A stretch of DNA of 64,000 nucleotides from an uncultured Lentisphaerales bacterium (GTDB lineage Bacteria > Verrucomicrobiota > Lentisphaeria > JABSQK01 > UBA12247): NCBI GenBank assembly GCA_943788985.1, contig CALSSJ010000023.1, forward strand, positions 1 through 64,000, read 5' to 3'. The position numbers and the translations under genes were made by a program. Positions 1 to 8,658 of the stretch are shown piece after piece (position 1 is the first letter of the stretch; each line of letters opens with the position of its first letter). The notes beneath the pieces are model-generated. The model searched no databases and had not been told where the DNA came from. It saw only the letters and a list, made by a program, of their open reading frames with translations.

Positions 1-293
1 CTACGCCCCGCTCGCTTGAAACTACGGACTCGGCCTACGATTGCATCTGCGGCCACAGCAGGGTCAAGGTTTGCCCGGTTGTCACCGCGAAACCCAGCGC
101 GCCCGAGGTAGCGATGGACGATGAGCTGGCCATCCCGTACGTAGACACCGACATCACCCGCAGAAAGGGAGCGTCTAAGCGGCGTGACGTGCGCAATATC
201 ACCGGGGAGGAGGGTGGGAACCATGCTGTTGCTAGTGACGCGAAACTCTCCGCTCTGTGCGATAACAGCTCGCCAGGTATTCACCGAAGGCAT
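1..293 (-). CDS. S24/S26-family (signal peptidase I-like, Ser/His) peptidase, truncated by window edge
   Basis: Not in ORF track. Manual translation from ATG at 293: MPSVNTWRAVIAQSGEFRVTSNSMVPTLLPGD...GDVGVYVRDGQLIVHRYLGRAGFRGDNRANLD, with the SMxPTLxPGD, IVHR and RGDN motifs. Confidence 0.8.
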   Translation of the reverse strand, partial: MPSVNTWRAVIAQSGEFRVTSNSMVPTLLPGDIAHVTPLRRSLSAGDVGVYVRDGQLIVHRYLGRAGFRGDNRANLDPAVAADAIVGRVRSFKRAGR

Positions 294-295
294 GG

Positions 296-1240
296 TTAGT
301 TCTGCGGGAAGCTGATCGTGCCGGCGGCGGCCTGTATCCAGTACCCGGAGAAGGCTTCTAGCTGGAGACTTGCTAACGAAAGGGACTGGTATTCCTCGCC
401 ATCCCAGTTCATTGCGGTCTCAACGATCGATTCAGGATCGCTGACATTGCTGCGGATGCCTGAGCCAGTTAAGTTCCAGCCAGCGGCAAGTGAGACTGTG
501 TTGTGGGAGACTGGCTGGCCGCTTACAGGAACCTGTGGGGCACTGTCGCTAGAGAATAGCCAAAAGCCAGCGTAGGCTGCCGGCGTTTCGTCAGCCTGCC
601 AATTATCGCTCTCCCAGATCCAGAGATCACCCACCGAGTGTGTGTGCAACTCTGCCAAGCCCTGATCGGTCGCGTTAAAGGGCAGAGCGAGCAGGTTCCA
701 GCCCTTCTGAAGATCCAAATAGAATTCGTACGGGTGCGAGAGGGCATCGAACTCGTCAATGTTTCTAATGCCATCACGGTCCGAGTCTAGGAGCGGCTCT
801 GCCCCCAGTGCGCCAAAAAAGTCGCTTTCCCAAGCGTCCGACAGCCCGTCAAAATCCAGGTCATCGGCAACGGAGTAGGTAAGGTCAAACAGGCTAAATG
901 AAGACCAGTCGCCGATATTGCCAGCCCTGTCCTTGGCCCGGCAGCGCCACTCATAAAGAGCTGAGTCGAGGTCACGGCGAACGAGAAAGCCTGAGTCAGT
1001 CCACTGTCCTGCTTGGCCTGCAAGCTGGAACTCATACTCGGCGACACCGGACAACGCGTCGGTCGCCGAAGCGGAGAAGCGCACGTAGAAATCTTGAATC
1101 GAGGCGGCGGATTCTGGCGTCAGCAGCGTCGGGGCAAGAGGCGCTGTCATGTCCACGGTAAATGCGCCAGACGTCACCTGCGGAGCGGTAACTGCGCCAA
1201 GCGCGAGAAAACAGAGGATGCAACTGATTCGAGGGATCAT
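296..1240 (-). CDS. Secreted protein: Ig/Fn3-like domain, Ca-binding DxDxDG (TSP3-like) repeats, C-terminal duplicated GWNL domain
   Basis: Signal peptide MIPRISCILCFLALGA; DLDFDGLSDAWE and DSDRDGIRNIDE; LQKGWNLL...LAAGWNLTG...GYWI. Confidence 0.7.
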   Translation of the reverse strand: MIPRISCILCFLALGAVTAPQVTSGAFTVDMTAPLAPTLLTPESAASIQDFYVRFSASATDALSGVAEYEFQLAGQAGQWTDSGFLVRRDLDSALYEWRCRAKDRAGNIGDWSSFSLFDLTYSVADDLDFDGLSDAWESDFFGALGAEPLLDSDRDGIRNIDEFDALSHPYEFYLDLQKGWNLLALPFNATDQGLAELHTHSVGDLWIWESDNWQADETPAAYAGFWLFSSDSAPQVPVSGQPVSHNTVSLAAGWNLTGSGIRSNVSDPESIVETAMNWDGEEYQSLSLASLQLEAFSGYWIQAAAGTISFPQN

Positions 1241-1241
1241 A

Positions 1242-1574
1242 TCAGCCTTCGAAAAACGGATCCGAGAAGTTCGGGCAGTTGTTTGCTGCCACAACAAGTG
1301 GGGCCGAGCTTACGATCGCAGGGGTGCCTGAAAATGTAGCCTGGATTGAAACCGGGGCGTCACTGGTGCCGAGTAGGTCACGCTCGGCGAGTTCGCTAAC
1401 GAAAGCAGAAAGTTCGTGCTCGGCTAGTTCAGCCTCGCCCAAGTGTGCCCAGGCCCAAGCGGCGCTTTCATTCAAGACATGTATGAACTCATTCTTTTGG
1501 TCGATCAGGACAAACTGCCTGTCAACTTCGACGATAATCACGTCGTCACGGCGCTTATTCGGATTCGCTGTCAT
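1242..1574 (-). CDS. PqqD/RRE-family protein with C-terminal precursor-like peptide extension
   Basis: VEVDRQFVLID...IHVLNESAAWAW...LSAFVSELAERDLL is a PqqD-like pattern; tail FSGTPAIVSSAPLVVAANNCPNFSDPFFEG. Confidence 0.7.
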   Translation of the reverse strand: MTANPNKRRDDVIIVEVDRQFVLIDQKNEFIHVLNESAAWAWAHLGEAELAEHELSAFVSELAERDLLGTSDAPVSIQATFSGTPAIVSSAPLVVAANNCPNFSDPFFEG

Positions 1575-1641
1575 CAAGGGTACCACGAGAAAGTATGGGT
1601 GTGCTTAGTTTTGACCCTATACAATACTCCGAGCCAATGAC

Positions 1642-2607
1642 TTGTCACGCCCCGCAGATCATTTTCTTAGGCATGACCCGTCGCCTGGCGGCTGGCGAAT
1701 TGTCGCTGGGAAACTATCTGTACCGCTTTCTGCCAACCCGATCATCCATGCGAGGCCACGCATCTTTATCGCCCTGATATTTCTGAGCATCGCGATGATG
1801 CTCTTCAGCTATCGCTTCAAGAAATTCCGAATTCGAGAAAATGACCACGTCAGCATGATGGCGCGGATCTTCGGAAATGACACGTCCACGACCTTCTTCG
1901 GCTGCGTTTGTCTGCTCGGGGTGATTGCGACGATCGTCAGAGTTCAGCCCGCTCCAACTGTGGCTGCGGAAGAACGAAGAGCACGCCTAGTCCGAGAACG
2001 AATGGCGATGGTCCGGCATCTTGGCAATAAGATTGCTGGTGAAGCCCCCCCCGGAGCACAGGTGTTATTGATTGATTTCGCGCGGGCTACGGGCAGTTCC
2101 ACGGATCCGATGATAGAGCGAACCCGCGAGGTTCTCGATGATTGCTTCAACAACCGGCTGAAGCTTGCGTCCGTCGAGCTCTTCAATTGCAGCCCTACGC
2201 AGCGGGACCACCGCTCGATTGTTGGCGCACTGCAGTTGACCAACAAGCAATTCGATATGTTCGTGAAGCGCAACCCCCAATGCAACGTGATCCTGTCGCT
2301 GGTGGGCTTGCCGAATGAGTTCGAGAACAGCCACTCGTATTTTAAGCTGAGGAAAGGGGAGATCATGCTCGCGGTCTATTCCGAGGACATCTACTACTAC
2401 GGGAGCTATATCGCCTCGGGAGCTGTCACCTTCTGCGCCGCTCCGAAGAGATTTACCGAGTATGACCTCAGCTGGGAGCCCAGCGAAAACACGACGCGAG
2501 ACTTTGAGCATCACCATCTCCTGATTACGAAAGAGAACCTGCTCAGCTTTGCCGAGAAGAATCGGCGCATGATCTGGATTAAGCCACAGGCTGCGATTAG
2601 GAACTAG
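1642..2607 (+). CDS. Hypothetical membrane-anchored protein (start uncertain)
   Basis: 321-aa ORF with N-terminal hydrophobic segments. Confidence 0.55.
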   Translation: MSRPADHFLRHDPSPGGWRIVAGKLSVPLSANPIIHARPRIFIALIFLSIAMMLFSYRFKKFRIRENDHVSMMARIFGNDTSTTFFGCVCLLGVIATIVRVQPAPTVAAEERRARLVRERMAMVRHLGNKIAGEAPPGAQVLLIDFARATGSSTDPMIERTREVLDDCFNNRLKLASVELFNCSPTQRDHRSIVGALQLTNKQFDMFVKRNPQCNVILSLVGLPNEFENSHSYFKLRKGEIMLAVYSEDIYYYGSYIASGAVTFCAAPKRFTEYDLSWEPSENTTRDFEHHHLLITKENLLSFAEKNRRMIWIKPQAAIRN

Positions 2608-2629
2608 CCAAGGCCCTATGGCGGCCCCG

Positions 2630-4795
2630 CTATTGAAATCCGACCCGTCTGCGGATTGCCCATTCAGCTACGAGCGGCAAGACCAACGCCAGCAGCAGCC
2701 ACCAATTATCCCATACCGGCGAGGCCGATGCGATGCGCCGCACGGTCACGACCTTGGCCCCAAACGGTACGTCTGCCATTAAGTCAGCTAGCCCAGCCTG
2801 GGACGTGGCCTGGCCTCCCGTACGATCGGAAATGGCTTGAAGCAGTGCAGGGTCTGCCAGTAGATTCTCGTCCTCAATCCGCGAGGCATTTACCGAGATC
2901 CTAAGCTCGTTGCTCTCAAGTGTCTGGCCCCGGTGTTCTCCCTGAGCGCGAATGGAATAGATTCCCGTACTCAGGCGGAGGGCGGCGACCAGACTATCAC
3001 CACTTGGTAACGCAGGCTGAGAGGTGACAGCGCTGCTTTCAAGATCGGTAATCGTTAACGCGACGGCCAGGTTGGGAATTCCAACGTTGTTTTCATCTGT
3101 TGCTGAGGCGATAACTTCCAATGGCTCGCCTGCCCTCACATAGGTCGTGCCCGCCGAAATCGAGAGCCGGCGCGCCATGTCGTCCTCCTGCGATGCCAGC
3201 CAATACAGAGTCCGCATCCAGAGGTGGTCGTAGAGCCTCTTGGGGGTCTCGGGGTTCAGCCGCCAGGTCCAGGTCACAGGCGTGGTCCAAGCCGCCACCC
3301 GGCCCCGACCTGTCTGATCCGTCACCAGCAGCGGGTAATTTCGCTGATCGACGAACAGGACCTCGCTCATAGCCCGTGCCGTCAGAGACCGTAGCCGCAT
3401 CCCATGCCCCGGCAGTCGCTCCCAGGCAAAGTCCCGCGAGCCCAACAGCTGATCCAGTTCCCCCAGAATAAAGTGGCTCTTCTGCGCACCTACGACCTTG
3501 GGGGCAAACTCACGATGCTCCAGGGTCGAGTCGTTCGCCCGTACCGGGAGAATGCTTTGCAGGGGCCGCAACCGATCATCAAGCAGATCATTGAAAGTCG
3601 AACCAATCGCCAGCAGGCCCGCACCCCGGTTCTTCACCAAGGACGGCAGCCGTCGCCACTGATTCGCAGTCAATGTCTCCGGGGCGATTCCGCCGAGAAT
3701 AATGACGTTATAGGCGGACAAATCCAGCCCCTGCACCTCGGCGATACCCCGCTTCGTGCGCAGATAAAACGGCGATGGCGATTCGAGCGTAAAGCCCTCG
3801 TCGGCGGAAATTAACCGCCTAAGAAACTTGTACTGCGGGTTGATCGACGCCTCCAGATACAACACTTGGATCCCTTCTTCCTTCACCCGGACAAACACCT
3901 GCATTTCGTTATTATCCGGCGAGATCTCCCCCGGGAGCGGCACCAGACGCAGTGTCACCAGATAGAACCCTGGCTCATTAATCGCCGGGAGCATCAAGCG
4001 TTGCTTAACCTTCTCGTCAGCGGTCTCGCACTGAATCCTACGGTCTGCGACCCGCTTATCATCCACCAGACACTCCAGCTGGCAGCTACGCCCCTCAGCC
4101 CCTCGAATCAGGCCGGAGATATTGATGGGGAACGGCTTTCCCGCCTCTACCACTGGCGGCACCAGCACGTCGGTCACCACTGCATCAACGATTCCAGCTG
4201 CGAACTCCGCACGCCCAAACTGTGCCGTGTGGATGGGAATCCCGGCTTCGATATAGGGAGCGAGTGCAGGAAGAGGATCTCGCCCGGCAGTGTTGCGCCC
4301 ATCGGACAGCAGAATCACGCCGTGGAGCTTTGCGCCTCGTTCGGCGCGCAGTGCTGAGGACAGCACATCCCCCACAGCTGTCGCCTCCCCCACATCAGCC
4401 CCGTTGTGGGCTAATCGGTCACCGAAGTCGTACTCGGCAAGCTCCAGTAACTGGCCCACCTCGGGGGCTGCCGCGAGCGCCTTCTCCCAGGCTGCATCCA
4501 TCTGCCCTGCTCGCGTCTCACCGCCCCTTCCATCTGCCACCGCCATACTGCCCGACCGGTCCCGAAGTACGATCAGCTTTCCTTTCTCGGCAGTCTCGTG
4601 CACCACCGCGCGGGAGGGCCGCAACGCCATCGTCAGAAGCAGGCCCCAGGCGCAGGCCCGCAGGAACAGCAACAGCACTTTCGGCTTCCAGCCCAGTTGC
4701 GGAGTCCGCACATAGCGAACAAAGGCAGGCGCCATTCCCGCTGCGGCAATGCACAACAGCCACGGGAGTGGTAGAACTGGTGACGTCGCAAGCAT
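2630..4795 (-). CDS. vWA-domain membrane protein with CARDB-like and glutamine amidotransferase-like domains
   Basis: DRSGSM MIDAS motif, LLSDG, N- and C-terminal TM helices, EWAIRRR terminus. Confidence 0.8.
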   Translation of the reverse strand: MLATSPVLPLPWLLCIAAAGMAPAFVRYVRTPQLGWKPKVLLLFLRACAWGLLLTMALRPSRAVVHETAEKGKLIVLRDRSGSMAVADGRGGETRAGQMDAAWEKALAAAPEVGQLLELAEYDFGDRLAHNGADVGEATAVGDVLSSALRAERGAKLHGVILLSDGRNTAGRDPLPALAPYIEAGIPIHTAQFGRAEFAAGIVDAVVTDVLVPPVVEAGKPFPINISGLIRGAEGRSCQLECLVDDKRVADRRIQCETADEKVKQRLMLPAINEPGFYLVTLRLVPLPGEISPDNNEMQVFVRVKEEGIQVLYLEASINPQYKFLRRLISADEGFTLESPSPFYLRTKRGIAEVQGLDLSAYNVIILGGIAPETLTANQWRRLPSLVKNRGAGLLAIGSTFNDLLDDRLRPLQSILPVRANDSTLEHREFAPKVVGAQKSHFILGELDQLLGSRDFAWERLPGHGMRLRSLTARAMSEVLFVDQRNYPLLVTDQTGRGRVAAWTTPVTWTWRLNPETPKRLYDHLWMRTLYWLASQEDDMARRLSISAGTTYVRAGEPLEVIASATDENNVGIPNLAVALTITDLESSAVTSQPALPSGDSLVAALRLSTGIYSIRAQGEHRGQTLESNELRISVNASRIEDENLLADPALLQAISDRTGGQATSQAGLADLMADVPFGAKVVTVRRIASASPVWDNWWLLLALVLPLVAEWAIRRRVGFQ

Positions 4796-4843
4796 CTCAA
4801 TCTACCTGCATTTGCAAAGTCATCGCGTCAGTGAGAACACGGC

Positions 4844-5827
4844 TTAGCGTTTCATCCGTTCATCGATCAGCAGCACGACATCATCCTTGCGCAGCGTTTC
4901 CTGTTCGACGTTATAGCGATACTCACCATCCGTGTACAAGGCGACCGCGCGCGGGAATGCCTCCCGGACCGCCTTGCCGATATCCTCCTCGAGCGGCTCA
5001 ACCTGCTTGATAAACGGGTCTTGCGTCCGGGTGTTAAGCTGCACCAAAAACTTACTGCAGATTGGGCTTACGGCCGCCTGCGACAGCATCCGTCCCAGAA
5101 TTGTAGCCGATGGCAGCAAATAATCCGCGCCCACAGTAAGGAACCGGGCCTGGGTCGCCTCTTCGTTCACGCGAACCGTAGCCTTGATCTCCGGATTAAG
5201 CCCCTTTGCCGTGACCAGAACATAGAGATTTTCGGCATCGGACTGCGTTGCGATAATGATGTGAGCGGCCTTTTTTACGCCAGCCTGAATCAAGGTTTCA
5301 TCGCTCCCCTGATTGCCATAGAGAAAGTTTGAGTCGTTCACCGCCTCGGCGACCGCCTGCGGCAAGTCCAGCATGGGCGCGCTATGTAAGATCACGTACG
5401 GGCTCTCGTGTGCATCAAGCTCGTGCACGATGCTCGCAAGTAAGTCCGTGTGAGCGATCACGATCGTATGATTGTTATTTTTGCCGAGCATCCATTTCCT
5501 CCAGATCTGTTCGAGTGACTTCATTGCGGTCTCGAGCACCACCAACGATGCCCCAAGAAACACCGTGGCTGGTAAAAGCGCGAGCAGGATGGTGCCAATC
5601 CTTCCAGCGTTCGTCTGCGGCGAGTAATCTCCGAACCCGATCGTTCGCACCGTGACGATCACGAAATAGAATGTTTCCAGAACGCCGCCGAAATCTTCTA
5701 CCACCAAGAAATAGGCAGTGAATCCCACCACCATCACAGCCATAAAAATGAACGAGGTCACCAGATAAAAGCTCATCTGGCGCGCCGCGGTCGCAGGCAG
5801 CCGCTTGGTGGACCGAGTATCAGTCAT
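4844..5827 (-). CDS. 2-TM potassium channel with RCK/TrkA-N domain
   Basis: TIGFGD selectivity filter and C-terminal RCK domain (DAENLYVLVTAKGLNP); start overlaps upstream stop (ATGACTGA). Confidence 0.85.
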   Translation of the reverse strand: MTDTRSTKRLPATAARQMSFYLVTSFIFMAVMVVGFTAYFLVVEDFGGVLETFYFVIVTVRTIGFGDYSPQTNAGRIGTILLALLPATVFLGASLVVLETAMKSLEQIWRKWMLGKNNNHTIVIAHTDLLASIVHELDAHESPYVILHSAPMLDLPQAVAEAVNDSNFLYGNQGSDETLIQAGVKKAAHIIIATQSDAENLYVLVTAKGLNPEIKATVRVNEEATQARFLTVGADYLLPSATILGRMLSQAAVSPICSKFLVQLNTRTQDPFIKQVEPLEEDIGKAVREAFPRAVALYTDGEYRYNVEQETLRKDDVVLLIDERMKR

Positions 5828-6311
5828 CCAGCGGGCGCGCTTCAATTCTGTCTCGCTGCACCACCAATTCCAGTGGCTCTTCCCAGATGGTTTCGCACTC
5901 GATCGCGATCTCCTGCTCTTCCTCATCCAAATAGATCCGGACCGGATGAACCAGCGGGAGCAGGGCCTCCGGCGTGCGCGGTACCCTGAATCCCTCTTCA
6001 GCCGCAATCTCGGCAACCATCTCTTCTAAGGCTGAATCCTCGTTAAGTAGGCGAAAGATGTCATGCAACGCCATCGGCTCCAGGTTGGGCCAGTTATCGC
6101 CGAGTTGCCCAAGCAGCAAATCGTGCTGCTCGCCAAAATCTGTTTCCTGAACCACCAGCTCGAACTGCCCAGGCGGTAAATCTTCCTCATTGCCCGCCGC
6201 CAAGTGCCGCATCAGTTCGCCCCATTGCAGCAGAAAAGGAAGCTCTACCAGATACATAGTGGCGTCATCATCGATCTCTGTCCGGTCACTTAACGCGTAC
6301 CGCATCTGCAT
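5820..6311 (-). CDS. Hypothetical acidic protein
   Basis: Open frame with GGAG RBS; coupled to the channel gene. Confidence 0.6.
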   Translation of the reverse strand: MQMRYALSDRTEIDDDATMYLVELPFLLQWGELMRHLAAGNEEDLPPGQFELVVQETDFGEQHDLLLGQLGDNWPNLEPMALHDIFRLLNEDSALEEMVAEIAAEEGFRVPRTPEALLPLVHPVRIYLDEEEQEIAIECETIWEEPLELVVQRDRIEARPLDD

Positions 6312-6492
6312 CTCTCCGCCTTTGGTTGGTCTCATATTTGCCGAACATACTGAGACTCTTACGAGAGGCAAGCACATCCGTCGCCTGAGTCGCCGGATCG
6401 CCGGTTGAATCACCCAAGAAATGCGCTTTGGCGAAGTGGTCTTGCAATTTGGCTGTCTACGGGCAATTTACCCAGCTCGCTGATAGCGAAGT

Positions 6493-6570
<78 letters not shown>

Positions 6571-6718
6571 TTTTCCTGCGTAAATCCGGGAATTTGACGC
6601 CTCTTGGCATTTCCTGAGTTTGCCTGTCTCGTCGCAGCAATTGTACCCAATATTCTCGTGGATCTGGGGCATTGCGCTACTTTTTCCGTCATCGGGGATC
6701 TAGTAGGGCGGGAAATAA

Positions 6719-6990
6719 TCGTGAAGCTGCATAAAAATTCCCTGCCAAATGCGCTCCTATTACTGCCAGGCTACAGTGGAACGCGAGGACCTGAGTGCTT
6801 TACTCGTGACTATGGCGCCAAGTGGAAGGCCAGCACGACGGCTCAAGAAGTCACTGAGAAATTTCGCCAGGTACTTTCCGACGGCGAGCCTGTCACCTTG
6901 CGCGACGCCTTTAACCGCTTCATCAAGAAGCCGCGTCAGCCTCCAATGAGCGAGCGTTGTGAAAGCCCAGGCGCGAAATGCACTCGCTGA
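6719..6990 (+). pseudogene. Possible integrase N-terminal remnant downstream of tRNA-Pro
   Basis: Short ORF (...VTLRDAFNRFIKKPR) directly after the tRNA; no catalytic domain visible. Confidence 0.3.
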
Positions 6991-7380
6991 CTTTGTTGGC
7001 TTTCTCAACTGGCTCCAGGGCAAGACAGCGCCCGTCTTCGTCATTGCTACTGCCAACGACGTCAGCCAGCTCCCAGCCGGGTTTCTGCGCATGGGCCGCT
7101 TCGACGAGATGTTTTTCGTCGATCTACCCGGTCCTGAGGAACGTGAAGCCATCTGGAGAATCAACTGCAGAAGCACCAGCGCCCTACTGAGGCCTTCAGT
7201 ATTCGTGACTTGAATAACGGCACCGACAAGTTCACTGGTGCCGAGATCGCAGCCGTCGTCGAGTCCTTCGATGCCGGTGAGGAACTATCCGACATGTCAT
7301 TGCTCCGCGCGCCCCATGCCACCGTTCCTCTGGCCAGCGCCCTCGAATCCCCACCTGTGCTCACCCGCGCCCTAGGCTGA
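6985..7380 (+). pseudogene. AAA+ ATPase (Ycf46-like) C-terminal fragment
   Basis: FLNWLQ..VFVIATANDVSQLP..LRMGRFDEMFFVDLP..EREAIW, later FTGAEIAAVV; Walker A/B missing and frame broken. Confidence 0.75.
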
Positions 7381-7413
7381 GCGCTACGCTGCCCACCCTG
7401 CGGGCGGCACCAG

Positions 7414-7440
7414 AAGGCGAGCTCACCAGCTCGCCTTTTT
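7414..7440 (+). terminator. Intrinsic terminator
   Basis: GGCGAGCT-CACC-AGCTCGCC stem followed by a T run. Confidence 0.7.
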
Positions 7441-7896
7441 GGCTATTACCGATCAACGAGCATGGAATAACCGACAGTTTTACGACATGCATAAAACTGT
7501 CACTATTCAGTACTGATTGGTCTTGAGTCAATAGGTAGAATCACTCCTTCTCTGCTAAAAGGATACTGCGAAAAGCGCTATGATCAGCATGCTGTGTTCT
7601 GTGGTGAAAATCGGTCATTCGCAAGCCGCACAGGCTCTGTCTCCGCAGTGCCTTCAGGCGGTCTGCCTCTGCATTCAACTGGCCTGAGTAGCCCCTTTCA
7701 AGGTGAAGGAGCCTGTAGCCGTCAAACTCCAAGCCGCGCTCTCGAGGATTGGAGGCACGGGCCCAGCGCACCCAGACTCAACCACCCGCTTCGCTGGAGA
7801 CACGGAAGCACCGAGGAACGTTGGGTCTTTTCAAGACTCCCCCTCCATCTTCTCCGCACCACCATGGTAGATTTTTCCTTCCGCCGCCGGGCATCC

Positions 7897-8598
7897 CTAT
7901 TCTGTGATGGGCTTGAGATAGATGTTTTTCCAGCGCACGCTCATAGGCGTCTGATTGTTCCCGACGCCATGCACCTGCAGGCCGATGAAACCTTCTGTAT
8001 TTTTTTTATAACGGCCCTCATCGTAGGCCAAATCGGCAATCTTATTGCCGTTGATCCAGGTCTCGATCTTGCGACCGACAGCTCGGATGCGATAGACGTT
8101 CCAGTCATCGTTTTTGAAGTAGTCATGGCTGTTTACGGCCTTGTCTTTGCTCTTCGGCTCGGGGGACTGCCAACCGCCCGCTGACTCCCCATAGATATAG
8201 CCGGACTGGCCCGGCCCCTTTTCGATCTCGACCTGCGGCCCGTACACGCGGCCTCCGTATTTATCGCTCTTCTTGTCGGCTTTGAGCTTGGAGCGAATCT
8301 GGCAGCCGGAGTTGAAGAATTGGTCGAATTTCACCTCGAAGGTGAGCTCGAAGTTGGCAAAGGTCTCATTGCTGCAGAGAAAGGTGTTGGGGCTCTTGGC
8401 AATCGTCGTGCCAACAACGCAGCCGGCATCCACTTTGTAGGTGCCGAATCCACTTTTGATCGACCAGCCTGCCAAGGTCTTGCCATCAAAAAGGGCTTGC
8501 CAGCCAGCGGCTTTCTGGTCGTCGCTGAGCGTATTGTCTTGGGCGACGAGAGGCGCTGCGGCGAGCAACAAGATGGAGAAGGTGAGACGGAGAATCAT
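7897..8598 (-). CDS. DUF1080 (3-keto-disaccharide hydrolase family) secreted protein
   Basis: Signal peptide; LFDGKTLAGW, NSGCQIRS, GFIGLQVH, WKNIYLKP. Confidence 0.9.
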   Translation of the reverse strand: MILRLTFSILLLAAAPLVAQDNTLSDDQKAAGWQALFDGKTLAGWSIKSGFGTYKVDAGCVVGTTIAKSPNTFLCSNETFANFELTFEVKFDQFFNSGCQIRSKLKADKKSDKYGGRVYGPQVEIEKGPGQSGYIYGESAGGWQSPEPKSKDKAVNSHDYFKNDDWNVYRIRAVGRKIETWINGNKIADLAYDEGRYKKNTEGFIGLQVHGVGNNQTPMSVRWKNIYLKPITE

Positions 8599-8658
8599 GA
8601 GGGAACCTTGTGTTTTTGGCTGGGTTTAGGAAGTGGCAAATTGAGCTTATCAGACAGG

